IMG/VR virus record: IMGVR_UViG_3300012928_000001
Span: 1-64,000 of that record
Source: a virus
Direction: 5' to 3' (one strand)
Length of the DNA stretch: 64,000 nt
The translations under genes and the position numbers were made by a program. A model generated the notes under the pieces. It saw only the letters and a program-made list of their open reading frames with translations, ran no database searches and was not told the DNA's origin. Within the stretch, counting starts at the first letter, position 1. Every line of letters begins with the position of its first letter. Shown one piece after another: positions 1-8,748 of the stretch.

Positions 1-18
1 CACCGAGAACACCCCATC

Positions 19-348
19 ATGAGCCTCAACGACGACAACTTCACCCCCCGCTACTTGCTGCGCATCGCCTTCACGGCCGTGTGCATCCTCGGCCTGATCG
101 GCCTCACCACCGCAGCGTTCGGCTCATGTCGCGTCGTCGACACGGCCGTGCAGCGCAAGGTCTTTGAGAACTCGCATCAGTACCAAGAGAGCGCCAACGA
201 ACAGGTCCGCTTGCTCGAAGCGAGTCTCATCGAGATCGACGCCCAACTCTCCAACCCCAACCTGAGCGAGGACACTCGAACCTCGCTCTCGATCCAACGC
301 TCAACCGTCAACGCTCAACTACAGGCCGCCAAGGCCAAGACCCGATGA
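19..348 (+). CDS. Membrane-anchored coiled-coil hypothetical protein
   Basis: N-terminal hydrophobic helix then an amphipathic helical region; stop overlaps next ATG (ATGA). Confidence 0.6.
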   Translation: MSLNDDNFTPRYLLRIAFTAVCILGLIGLTTAAFGSCRVVDTAVQRKVFENSHQYQESANEQVRLLEASLIEIDAQLSNPNLSEDTRTSLSIQRSTVNAQLQAAKAKTR

Positions 349-929
349 GAACGTCCATGCACCGCAAGCCCACCTACACCCTCGCCGCCGTCGCCCTGAC
401 CACGGCTTTCGCCTCCATCCTCGCCTGCGATCCCAGCCCCAGCGCCGAGCAGGCCGACCGCAAGGCCGTCGCCAACCAGCAGGCCCAGTACGCCAAGGGT
501 CAACCCGTCCCCGCCTTCGACTGGTCCCTCGAACGCGAGCTCGTGATCCAGCTGTACAACGCCCGCAACCGCAAGGTCGCCACGCACAGCGTGTGGCGCA
601 GCGACACCGGCGTCATCGAGGGCGACTGCCCCAGCATCGGCTACGGCATCCCCTACGACACGAGCCTCACCAACCCGCTCGCGCCCTCGGTCCACGGGGG
701 AGCGAGCGCGCCCGCGGCCGTTGCCCTCGGGCAGGCCGAGCCCAACGGCGTGTTCGCGTCGACGAACACCTCCGCGACCTTCGTCACCTGCGCGGGTCCG
801 GGAGGCACCATCGCCCCGGTCTACGTCGAGTCGAAGGTCACGGTCTACCCGGGCCCCGTCTCGATCGACCACGACACCAACCGCGTCACCCCGGTCGGCC
901 CCTCGGCGGTCTCGATCTCGCTGGACTGA
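345..929 (+). CDS. Putative lipoprotein
   Basis: Basic N-terminus, hydrophobic stretch, lipobox-like ILAC; GC-rich codon bias. Confidence 0.65.
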   Translation: MRTSMHRKPTYTLAAVALTTAFASILACDPSPSAEQADRKAVANQQAQYAKGQPVPAFDWSLERELVIQLYNARNRKVATHSVWRSDTGVIEGDCPSIGYGIPYDTSLTNPLAPSVHGGASAPAAVALGQAEPNGVFASTNTSATFVTCAGPGGTIAPVYVESKVTVYPGPVSIDHDTNRVTPVGPSAVSISLD

Positions 930-1606
930 TGGACTACATCGCAAGCATGCGATTGGGCGCCGCGGAGTTCCGTGGCGCCTTTTTGCTTTCCAAAAATGAG
1001 CTGGCCGCACTCCTCTCGACGGCCGGACCCAAGCGAGCGCGTCCCGATGAGCGCACGCTTTGGATGTGCTGGGCCGAGCGAGAGGTCATCGCTTCGGATC
1101 GGACCATCATCATCCGCGCGTCGATGCTTCCGCGCGTCGACGTCGAGACCCCGATCAAGCCAAGCCCCGTGCTGGCCGAGGAACTCAAAGCCGCGGCCAA
1201 GGGCGCCAAGGCTTCGCACACCATCGTCATCGCCCGCGGGGTCGCACACACCATCATCGCCGTGGTCGAGACCGCGGCGCTACTGATCGATCGAGACAAC
1301 GACTCCGCGCACACGCTCGAAGACATGGTGCACGTGGATCTACTCCCGCCCGATGGTCTCGTCACGAGCCCGGACCGCATCCGCGCCGAGCTCGAAGGCG
1401 ACCCCGAGCAACCCCCGGCCAGTCACTTCGCGTGGTCGCTCCGCTACACGTCGACGCTGGAGAAGGTGGCCAAGGTCGCGGGCAAGGGCGAGAGCCTCGT
1501 GGTGTGGCCGCCCCTCGGCTCGGGGCCGTTCGTCGTCTCGGTCACCGTCGACGACTCGACCGCGTGGCAAGTCGCCATGATGCCGATGGATGCGGCCGAT
1601 GGCTGA
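929..1606 (+). CDS. Possible divergent DNA sliding-clamp (beta-clamp)-like protein
   Basis: ATG 929 overlaps upstream stop; VIASDRT resembles clamp vATDg motif and C-terminal VAMMPM resembles the clamp C-terminus. Weak, motif-level only. Confidence 0.3.
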   Translation: MDYIASMRLGAAEFRGAFLLSKNELAALLSTAGPKRARPDERTLWMCWAEREVIASDRTIIIRASMLPRVDVETPIKPSPVLAEELKAAAKGAKASHTIVIARGVAHTIIAVVETAALLIDRDNDSAHTLEDMVHVDLLPPDGLVTSPDRIRAELEGDPEQPPASHFAWSLRYTSTLEKVAKVAGKGESLVVWPPLGSGPFVVSVTVDDSTAWQVAMMPMDAADG

Positions 1607-2028
1607 GCTCAGCGGGGACAAGGCGATCACGATCATGGAAGTGCACACCCGCGGCTACACTTCGGAGTCCTGGGAGTGGCGAGATCAGCTGCGCGATGAG
1701 GGCTGGATTTTTTACGACGGGTTTGACCGGCAGTTCAAACTGACCGAGCTTTCGCTCTCCATGCTCGACGGGATCGAGACCATCGCGGTGATCCGACTCG
1801 ACGATCTGCGCGCCCGCGATGGCCCCTTGGACGAAAAAGGGCGAGCCCGCTTTGCGGGCTTCTACGGTGGGTAGCGCGTTCAGCGCTTGTCAAGCAAGAT
1901 CGTACCTGGCACGCCAGGACGATCTTTTTTCGATTTTTGCCAGAAAAGCGCTTGCACAGCCTGCACAACTTCGAGTAAGGTTCTTTCACCGGGCGAGAGA
2001 GACCGCCCGCAAGAAAGCAGACAGAACG

Positions 2029-3189
2029 ATGACCACCGACTCCAAGCTCACCGCCACCGCCCCCAACTTCACCAAGATCGACGACGTCTACTACTGCGCC
2101 GACGCCTACCGCATCGAGCCCTACTACACCAAATCGGGCAAGATCGGCGGTCGCAACCTCTTCGCCCTCACCGACGGCAAGGTCGCCCACGTGGGTTGGT
2201 ACCGCCGGCTCTCTCACGCCAAGACCGCGGCGCACACGCACTGGGTCAACGCTGGCTCGCCCGCCATCGACTTTGACATGCCCGTCAAGATCATCACGGA
2301 GATGACCCCGGTCGACCCCGAGCGCGAGGGCTGGGGCGCCGTGTCCAAGCGCGAGGGCTTGGGCATCGGCCCCGCGAGCACCGGCGACACGATCGAGCTG
2401 CTCACCCCCGCCCCGACCCCCGAGACCGACGAGGAGATTCTGGCCCGGCTCACCGCCCGCTTTGCCGCGATGTCCAACCTGGTCGACTGCATCATCACCG
2501 GGGCCGTTCGCTCCCTGATCATCACCGGCCCCGGCGGCGTCGGCAAAACCTACCCCACTGAGGCCGCCTGTCACGAAGCCATCGACGCCGGGGTGCTCCC
2601 CGCCTTTCAAAAGGTCTCGGGCACCATCTCCGCGAGCAAGCTCTTTCAGGCCCTGCACAACGTCAAGGATGGTGGCGTCCTACTGCTCGACGACGCCGAT
2701 CGGATTTTCGAGGACATCGACGCGCTGAACCTGCTCAAGGCCGCGCTCGACACGTCCAAGGTGCGCACCATCTCGTGGCTGAAAAACTCTAAGTGGCTCG
2801 AAAACGAGGGCATCCCGGCTCAGTTCAACTTTGACGGACAGGTCATTTTCATCAGTAACATCGACTTCCGCCGCGAGCAGTCGCGGACCACGAAGATCGC
2901 CCCCCACCTGAAAGCGCTCGTGAGCCGCTCGCTACTCCTCGACTTGGAAATGTCGAGCCAGCGTGACCTGCTCGTGCGGATCGAAGACATGGTCATCAAT
3001 CAAGGGATGCTCGATGACATGGGAGTCGACAAGGACGGCGCCCGCGAGATCGTCGACTTCATGAAAAAGCACGCCGATAGCTTCCACTCCCTGACCTTGC
3101 GCGAGGCGGTGAAGATCGCCCAGCTGCGCAACGCGGCTCCCTCGTTCTGGTGCGAGATGGCCATGAACACCGTCGCCGGCAAGCGCTAG
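2029..3189 (+). CDS. AAA+ family ATPase
   Basis: Walker A GPGGVGKT, Walker B LLLDDAD, sensor-like FISN, SR motif; start set at the ATG right after class-1 copy 1. Confidence 0.85.
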   Translation: MTTDSKLTATAPNFTKIDDVYYCADAYRIEPYYTKSGKIGGRNLFALTDGKVAHVGWYRRLSHAKTAAHTHWVNAGSPAIDFDMPVKIITEMTPVDPEREGWGAVSKREGLGIGPASTGDTIELLTPAPTPETDEEILARLTARFAAMSNLVDCIITGAVRSLIITGPGGVGKTYPTEAACHEAIDAGVLPAFQKVSGTISASKLFQALHNVKDGGVLLLDDADRIFEDIDALNLLKAALDTSKVRTISWLKNSKWLENEGIPAQFNFDGQVIFISNIDFRREQSRTTKIAPHLKALVSRSLLLDLEMSSQRDLLVRIEDMVINQGMLDDMGVDKDGAREIVDFMKKHADSFHSLTLREAVKIAQLRNAAPSFWCEMAMNTVAGKR

Positions 3190-3218
3190 CACCCACGGGG
3201 AGGGCCCAGCCCTCCCCC

Positions 3219-3277
3219 GGCGTCCGCCCCTGTTGCCGGGGCGCTGACGAGGGCCCGCAAGGCAGGGCCGAAACGCC
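3219..3277 (+). ncRNA. Hammerhead ribozyme, type III (copy A)
   Basis: GGCGUC^ / stem I CGCCCC:GGGGCG / CUGACGA / stem II GGCCC:GGGCC / GAAA / stem III GGCGU:ACGCC; predicted cleavage after C3224. Confidence 0.9.
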
Positions 3278-3291
3278 AAAGGAGAGAGACC

Positions 3292-3498
3292 ATGTCCCGC
3301 AACCGCAATCACGATCAGTCTTCCCCCCGAGCCCGAGCAAAGACCCGCGCCATGATGCGCAAGGCGTGGCGAGCCCGCCGCGAGGCCAAGCGAGCCCGCG
3401 CGGCCGGCCACAACTTCGACGCGGCGCAAGCCGAGATCCGGGCCGCCAAGCTCGACCCCGACGGCGCCCCGACCTTGCTCCCCGCTCCCGCGATCTGA
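3292..3498 (+). CDS. Small basic hypothetical protein downstream of hammerhead A
   Basis: AAGGAG upstream of ATG; 68 aa, Arg/Ala-rich. Confidence 0.6.
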   Translation: MSRNRNHDQSSPRARAKTRAMMRKAWRARREAKRARAAGHNFDAAQAEIRAAKLDPDGAPTLLPAPAI

Positions 3499-3543
3499 CA
3501 CGATCGTCTGTGACTCGCACCCGTGTTTGGCCTACGGTAACGC

Positions 3544-4461
3544 ATGACGCAACCGAACGCATGGACATGGGGCGGGCTCGAAGTTCACTACACAAAGGAC
3601 AACTTGCCCGGCGTGCTCCTGAACGCACTCGCGGTCAAGATCCAGATCAACGCGAGCACGCTCCGCGGGCGATGGCGACGAAGCTTCGCCGCGACGGATG
3701 ACAGCTTGCCGACCGAGTCCAAGACGCCATATCGCACCGTCGTGACCGAGTCGATCGCCGAGACGATCGCCACGGAGTACAACACCGACAACCCCAAGAT
3801 CGCGGCGAGCTTGCGATCGTTGGCCCGCGACCTGTCGGGCCTGTCCGTCATCGCCAAAGCGGGGGTCCAAGTCCCGCCGATCCAAGCCCCGCCGATCCAA
3901 GCCCCGCCGGCCGTGCCCCCGCTCCCCGGCGAGCCCAAGGTCGACCCCTTCGAGCCGGGGCCAACCCCCAGCTTCGATCCCCTCCCGCCTATCGACCGCT
4001 TGGGCCGGCTCCCGCGTCTCTCGCCCGGCCTCCCCCCGGTGCTTCGGACCACGCTCAAAGACACGCTCCGCGAGCTGCTCGCCGAGATGCTGCCCGAGGC
4101 CCTGCACCGCGCCGTGCACGGCCTGAGCGTGAACCTGGGAGACGACGATCTCGGGACGCTCCGGCGGATCGTCCGTGAAGAGCTCGCCGCCGCCCACGGC
4201 CTCGCGGACTACCCCGCCTGGGTGATCGAGGCCGAGCCCCGGTACATCGCGGGCGAGCTCGGGACCTACGCCGCGATCGCGTCCGCCTACGCCGTGCCGC
4301 TCGTCGACGTCGAGGAAGTCGGGCGCGCCCGCTCGTGGCACCGCCGGCAGACCGAGCACGCCCGCGCCAAGCTGGCCGAGGCCCACGCCCGCGCCCGCAA
4401 GGCCGCCGCCGAGACCCCGGCGCCCAAGCCCGCCCCCGGCGTCACCATCGGGCGCTCATGA
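3544..4461 (+). CDS. Putative DNA-binding protein with Pro-rich linker and C-terminal TerS-like HTH
   Basis: C-terminal PAWVIEAEPRYIAGEL...SWHRR matches the HTH region of 18193..19062; starts directly after a class-2 promoter. Confidence 0.5.
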   Translation: MTQPNAWTWGGLEVHYTKDNLPGVLLNALAVKIQINASTLRGRWRRSFAATDDSLPTESKTPYRTVVTESIAETIATEYNTDNPKIAASLRSLARDLSGLSVIAKAGVQVPPIQAPPIQAPPAVPPLPGEPKVDPFEPGPTPSFDPLPPIDRLGRLPRLSPGLPPVLRTTLKDTLRELLAEMLPEALHRAVHGLSVNLGDDDLGTLRRIVREELAAAHGLADYPAWVIEAEPRYIAGELGTYAAIASAYAVPLVDVEEVGRARSWHRRQTEHARAKLAEAHARARKAAAETPAPKPAPGVTIGRS

Positions 4462-4946
4462 GCTTGCGAGGGAAGCTCGAAGCGCTTGCGCGGGTGCTCC
4501 CCCGTCGACAGGTACACGTCGACGGGGAGCTTTACCTTGACCGCTATTACCTGTGGGGCCGGCCGCCCAATCAGGATGGGTGGGATGGGTTGATCGTCCC
4601 GCGCTTGCGCTTGCTCCCGACGGCCTACCTGCATCACTTCCATCGCCCCGACGGTGATCGGCTTTGCCACAATCACCCGTGGCACGCGATGGGCCGAGTC
4701 CTCGCCGGCCACTACACAGAGCAGCGCTATGCAGGGCATCCCGCCGATGGTGTGCCTACTGGGTTGATCAAGCGCGAGCCGGGAGAGTGGTACGGGATCA
4801 CGCCGGACACCTTCCATCGCCTCGCCCGAGTCAGCGAGGGCGGCGCGTGGACCCTGTTCATCATCATCGGGGACAAGCTCCAGTCGTGGGGCTACTGGGA
4901 TCCGGTCGGAAAGTTGTTCATCCCGTGGCGCGAGCGCTGCCACTGA
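4458..4946 (+). CDS. Cupin-like phage protein
   Basis: YLDRYYL...YLHHFHRPD...HNHPW...GHYTE...FHRL...WTLF...WGYW, a His-rich cupin-type pattern. Confidence 0.6.
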   Translation: MSLRGKLEALARVLPRRQVHVDGELYLDRYYLWGRPPNQDGWDGLIVPRLRLLPTAYLHHFHRPDGDRLCHNHPWHAMGRVLAGHYTEQRYAGHPADGVPTGLIKREPGEWYGITPDTFHRLARVSEGGAWTLFIIIGDKLQSWGYWDPVGKLFIPWRERCH

Positions 4947-4970
4947 GCCCCAGGGCGCACACCATCTCGG

Positions 4971-5007
4971 AAGATCGGTCAAGAGAAATCTTGACCGATC
5001 TTTTTTT
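4971..5007 (+). terminator. Intrinsic terminator fused to class-1 copy 2
   Basis: Perfect 14-bp stem AAGATCGGTCAAGA/TCTTGACCGATCTT, GAAA loop, T-tract. A related hairpin lies at 1896-1930 before copy 1. Confidence 0.8.
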
Positions 5008-5106
5008 CGAAAAATCGCCAGATACCGCTTGCACAGCCTGCACAACTTCGACTATATACGTCTGGCGGGGGCGAGAGAGACCGCCCCCGAGAAAGCAGAC
5101 AAGATC

Positions 5107-5400
5107 ATGGCCCGCAAGTTCACCAAAGACCCCGCCCTTACCGCTCGCGTCACCGGCACCATCAAGCTCCAGGCCATCGGAGAGACCAGCGCCATCCCCG
5201 CGGGTGACCTCAAGCCGGGTGACGTCACGATCTGGAACTTTGGCGGACAGAACACCGTGGTGCGCATCGACCGCGAGACCGCGAAAACCGTGTGGATCAC
5301 GTTCTCCTATTACTGCAACGTCAACAAAGAGGTTGTGGTGTCGAGCAAGCCGCGCCGCCTCAAAAAGGATCGTCTGGTCGGATTCAAGACCTGGCACTGA
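5107..5400 (+). CDS. Early array hypothetical protein (SH3/KOW-like beta pattern)
   Basis: ATG follows class-1 copy 2; AGDLKPGDV motif. Confidence 0.7.
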   Translation: MARKFTKDPALTARVTGTIKLQAIGETSAIPAGDLKPGDVTIWNFGGQNTVVRIDRETAKTVWITFSYYCNVNKEVVVSSKPRRLKKDRLVGFKTWH

Positions 5401-5423
5401 TCGAAGGGAAGGGACAAAAGACC

Positions 5424-5690
5424 ATGACCGCCAACACCGCCAAGATCATTAAGCGCCACTCCCGCAAGATCCTCGACGCCCTCACCGGCTGGCGCGAGGA
5501 TGCGGCCCGGCATGGCTACCCTAGCACCGGGATCGACCCGGAGCGGCGCGCGGTGATCGTGCTCGTGCGCGATGGTCGCCGCTACAGCGCGATCCCCCAA
5601 TACCGCACTGAGCCCGTGGGTGCTGAGATCGACTGCACTACTGGCCTCATGGCCGACTATGACTGGGCGGTGGTCGCGCAAGTCGCTTGA
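5424..5690 (+). CDS. Early array hypothetical protein
   Basis: Purine-rich leader before ATG 5424; stop abuts class-1 copy 3. Confidence 0.6.
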   Translation: MTANTAKIIKRHSRKILDALTGWREDAARHGYPSTGIDPERRAVIVLVRDGRRYSAIPQYRTEPVGAEIDCTTGLMADYDWAVVAQVA

Positions 5691-5800
5691 TCAAGATTTT
5701 TTCGAAAAATCGCCAGATACCACTTGCACAGCCTGCACAACTTAGACTAGAGTACTTTCACCGGGCGAGAGAGACCGCCCGCGAGAAAGCAGACAGAACG

Positions 5801-6583
5801 ATGACCACCGAGACTTTCATCCGCGCCAACCCCACCCGCCTCCCCTCCGGTTACTGGGGCGTCAAAGGCACCGGCCGTATTCCCGCGCTGAATGAGCCTG
5901 TTCGCGTCCAGACGCGTGGTGGAAAGACCTGGTACGCGCAGATCACGAGCAAGCCGCAGGTCACGGCTTGGGGCTGGCGCGCGAGCAGCGAGAGCATGAG
6001 CAAGGCCGACGCGCAGTCTTACGTGCGCAAGCTCCGCAACCGCCCCGTGATCCCCATGACTTGGCCCGAGGACCCCACGCCCGAGCCCGCTCCCGAGCGC
6101 AAGCCGGACGCGAACGGCTTCTATCCTGCGCCCCCGGCCAACGGTCGACCCAAGTGGGAGCCCATGACCCCCGCCGTGCACGGTGAGCCCGTGTGGTCCG
6201 GCGAGTGGTCCACGCTCACGCTCAACCGCTCCGGCAAGTTTGATCTGTCGGTGTTCGGGGACACGCACTGCGGGCTTGCCGACCGAGACGGTAACGTCCC
6301 CTGCACGTACGCGCTCACGCTCGTTTGCGAGGCTAGCGGCCTGGATAAGGACGGTTTCCTGGTCGAGCAGGTCGGGATCGATCGGTTCTTTAACGAGGAT
6401 CTCGGCCCCGTGGGTGTGAGCTGCGAACTGCTCGCCCTGAACTGTGCGCGCGAGCTGTACCGCAAGATTCGCCGCGAAAACCCCCACGTCAAGATCAAGG
6501 GCCTGCGTCTCACCATCGCCCCGACCCCCGAGGGTATGCAGGGCGCCGCGGACATGACTTTCGCGTGGGGGGAGGGGCTCTAG
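5801..6583 (+). CDS. Two-domain protein; C-terminal half possibly QueD/PTPS-like T-fold
   Basis: ATG follows copy 3; HCG...YALTL...LDKDGFLVE...SCELLA...LRLTI pattern resembles 6-pyruvoyl-tetrahydropterin synthase spacing but lacks the HGH motif. Confidence 0.4.
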   Translation: MTTETFIRANPTRLPSGYWGVKGTGRIPALNEPVRVQTRGGKTWYAQITSKPQVTAWGWRASSESMSKADAQSYVRKLRNRPVIPMTWPEDPTPEPAPERKPDANGFYPAPPANGRPKWEPMTPAVHGEPVWSGEWSTLTLNRSGKFDLSVFGDTHCGLADRDGNVPCTYALTLVCEASGLDKDGFLVEQVGIDRFFNEDLGPVGVSCELLALNCARELYRKIRRENPHVKIKGLRLTIAPTPEGMQGAADMTFAWGEGL

Positions 6584-6749
6584 CCCGTCCAGGGCTCGCG
6601 CCCGTTCTGCGCCAATCTGAGGGCCCCAAACGGGGCCCTCATTTTTTTTCAAAAATCTGGCGTTTACCCCTTGCACAACCTGCACAACTTAGACTAGAGT
6701 ACTTTCACCGGGGGCGAGAGAGACTGCTCCCAAGAAAGCAGACAAGATC

Positions 6750-6959
6750 ATGACCGCCGCCGACATCGCCATCAAGCTTACCCGCGAGCAACACATCATC
6801 CTCCGTGACTGCACCCACGGCCACACCCGCGAGCTTTCCCGCCTCCCCGCGCCCCTGATCGGGCTGCGCGATTACAAGCTGGCCCTGACTGACCGCGCGT
6901 TCGCGGTCGCCGCGTGCGGCGCGTTCCTGCATGAGGACATTTACTCGGTGGGGAACTGA
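6750..6959 (+). CDS. Early array hypothetical protein
   Basis: ATG follows class-1 copy 4. Confidence 0.7.
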   Translation: MTAADIAIKLTREQHIILRDCTHGHTRELSRLPAPLIGLRDYKLALTDRAFAVAACGAFLHEDIYSVGN

Positions 6960-6961
6960 GC

Positions 6962-7210
6962 ATGGCATCCGAGCACCCGATCACCGAAATCAGCGCCAAG
7001 TGCGTCTCTAACTCCCGCGTCAGGATCACCGCCAACCTCGACGGCCACGCCGAAATCACGATCGAGCTCCGCCGCGATGGCGCGCAGGTGATCGCAGAAT
7101 CGGCCAAGTGGCACAATGGGCAGGGCTTCGCTAGCACCGTGCATGTCTCGCGCGTCCCCCGCAACGTTATGCGCGTCTCGAAGAATCTGGCACGCGATCT
7201 GCTCGCCTAA
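6962..7210 (+). CDS. Early array hypothetical protein
   Basis: Coupled to the upstream ORF; stop abuts copy 5. Confidence 0.6.
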   Translation: MASEHPITEISAKCVSNSRVRITANLDGHAEITIELRRDGAQVIAESAKWHNGQGFASTVHVSRVPRNVMRVSKNLARDLLA

Positions 7211-7316
7211 ACTTTTTTCGAAAAATCGCCAGATTGGGGTTGCACAGCCTGCACAACTTAGACTAGAGTACTTTCACCGGGGGCGAGAGAGTCCCCGCCA
7301 GAAAGCAGACAAGACC

Positions 7317-7517
7317 ATGCCCACCGAGATCACCTACTTCACCTGCGTTCTCTCCTTCCCCACCAACCCCGACCATCGCACCGCGTGGCACCCCTACTAC
7401 GCCACCGGCAAGCGCTCGCGCCTCACCCGCGGCGCCTTCGACACCGAGCAGGAAGCCCACGATTGGGCGAGCGAGCAGGGGATCCACCCGAGCACCTACA
7501 CTGTCCAGGGCTACTGA
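7317..7517 (+). CDS. Early array hypothetical protein
   Basis: ATG follows copy 5; GAFDTEQEAHDWA motif typical of small phage proteins. Confidence 0.7.
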   Translation: MPTEITYFTCVLSFPTNPDHRTAWHPYYATGKRSRLTRGAFDTEQEAHDWASEQGIHPSTYTVQGY

Positions 7518-7545
7518 GCCCGCTCCGGGGCCCACGAGGGCCCCA

Positions 7546-7601
7546 CCCGTCCGACCCCTACCGCTGGGGCGCTGATGATGGCCCAGCAAGGCCGAAACGG
7601 G
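7546..7601 (+). ncRNA. Hammerhead ribozyme, type III (copy B)
   Basis: CCCGUC^ / stem I CG(A)CCCC:GGGGCG / CUGAUGA(U) / stem II GGCC:GGCC / GAAA / stem III CCCGU:ACGGG; predicted cleavage after C7551. Confidence 0.88.
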
Positions 7602-7616
7602 AAAGCAGGCAAGATC

Positions 7617-7823
7617 ATGACCACCACCGAGACTGTAATCGTCGTCACCTACGCGAATGGAGCGTCCAGCGCGTACCGCTCCCCCGAGACCATGCGCGAG
7701 TGGGCGGCCGACGCGGACCCGATCAACGCCCAAGCGTTCCGCACGATGGCCGACATGATTGATAGCGCCGCGTTGTCGGGCTCCGCGGGGGGCTTTCGCT
7801 TCCGCGTGATGCGCGTGCGCTAA
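7617..7823 (+). CDS. Early array hypothetical protein downstream of hammerhead B
   Basis: Leader GAAAGCAGGCAAGATC-ATG is a variant of the class-1 translation-initiation region. Confidence 0.7.
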   Translation: MTTTETVIVVTYANGASSAYRSPETMREWAADADPINAQAFRTMADMIDSAALSGSAGGFRFRVMRVR

Positions 7824-7941
7824 GCTCGCCAAAAGTTTTTTCGAAAATCTGGCGATCTGGGGTTGCACAACCTGCACAACTTAGACTAGAGTACTTTCAC
7901 CGGGGGCGAGAGAGACCGCTCCCAAGAAAGCAGACAGACAA

Positions 7942-8124
7942 ATGCAGATCTTCACCATCTCCGGCGTTACCTACACTTTCGAGATCCTCGGCGCCCTTGC
8001 CAACGCGCGCATTTTGGCCGCCATCGAGATCCGCGCCGAGCGCGGCGAGGACATGAGCTACTTTGACGACCGCATCGCGGCCGTCCAGGCCAAGGCCACG
8101 ATCCGCCCCCGCCGCGCGAACTGA
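7942..8124 (+). CDS. Early array hypothetical protein
   Basis: ATG follows copy 6; followed by hairpin terminator 8131-8162. Confidence 0.7.
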   Translation: MQIFTISGVTYTFEILGALANARILAAIEIRAERGEDMSYFDDRIAAVQAKATIRPRRAN

Positions 8125-8260
8125 GAGATCTAGGGCCCCAGGGATGGGGTCCTAACTTTTTTCAAAAAATCGCCAGATAGCACTTGCACAGCCTGCACAA
8201 CTTCGAGTAATACTTACTCACCGGGCGAGAGAGACCGCCCCCAAGAAAGCAGACAAGATC

Positions 8261-8437
8261 ATGACCATCGACAAGTCCAAGCCCCTCACCACCGGCACCC
8301 GTCACTCCATCGTTTGCATGATTCGCGCCGTTGGCGGCTGCAAAAAGCGCCGCGGACAGGATGTCTGGGACACGGTTGATGGTGATGTCCTCGAAATCCG
8401 CGCACACGGCGACACTCTTGCGCTTTTCGCTCGCTGA
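8261..8437 (+). CDS. 58-aa early array protein (not in the supplied ORF track)
   Basis: ATG follows copy 7; MTIDKSKPLTTGTRHSIVCMIRAVGG...LALFAR, stop TGA 8435-8437. Confidence 0.65.
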   Translation: MTIDKSKPLTTGTRHSIVCMIRAVGGCKKRRGQDVWDTVDGDVLEIRAHGDTLALFAR

Positions 8438-8466
8438 TCACGCACCCCCACCGGAAAGCCAAGATC

Positions 8467-8748
8467 ATGACCACCGCGACGCCCATCACCATCGAGACCC
8501 GCCCACTCGCCTACTTTCGCGCCCACGCGGAGCCCCACCCCGCACGGGTCGACCTGAACAGCTTCCGGGCCGGCTGGATCCTGTGGTGTTACCTGCGCGG
8601 TGACGAGGACTGCAAGAATGGCGCGGAGCTCATGGGCTACCAATACGCGGCCGAGTACAACGACAACGGGGGCGGCGCTCGCCCGAGTGCGGAAGACGCG
8701 CAAGATCTTGACGCGAGCGATATCAAGCAAGCGATCGAGTGGCTCTAA
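8467..8748 (+). CDS. Early array hypothetical protein
   Basis: Partial leader GAAAGCCAAGATC-ATG; stop abuts copy 8. Confidence 0.7.
   Translation: MTTATPITIETRPLAYFRAHAEPHPARVDLNSFRAGWILWCYLRGDEDCKNGAELMGYQYAAEYNDNGGGARPSAEDAQDLDASDIKQAIEWL

Noticed and set aside
1819-2028. Shared N-terminal peptide LAQPAQLR...KADKIM in many track ORFs
   Set aside because: It is the translated class-1 repeat; true starts are the ATGs at the repeat ends.
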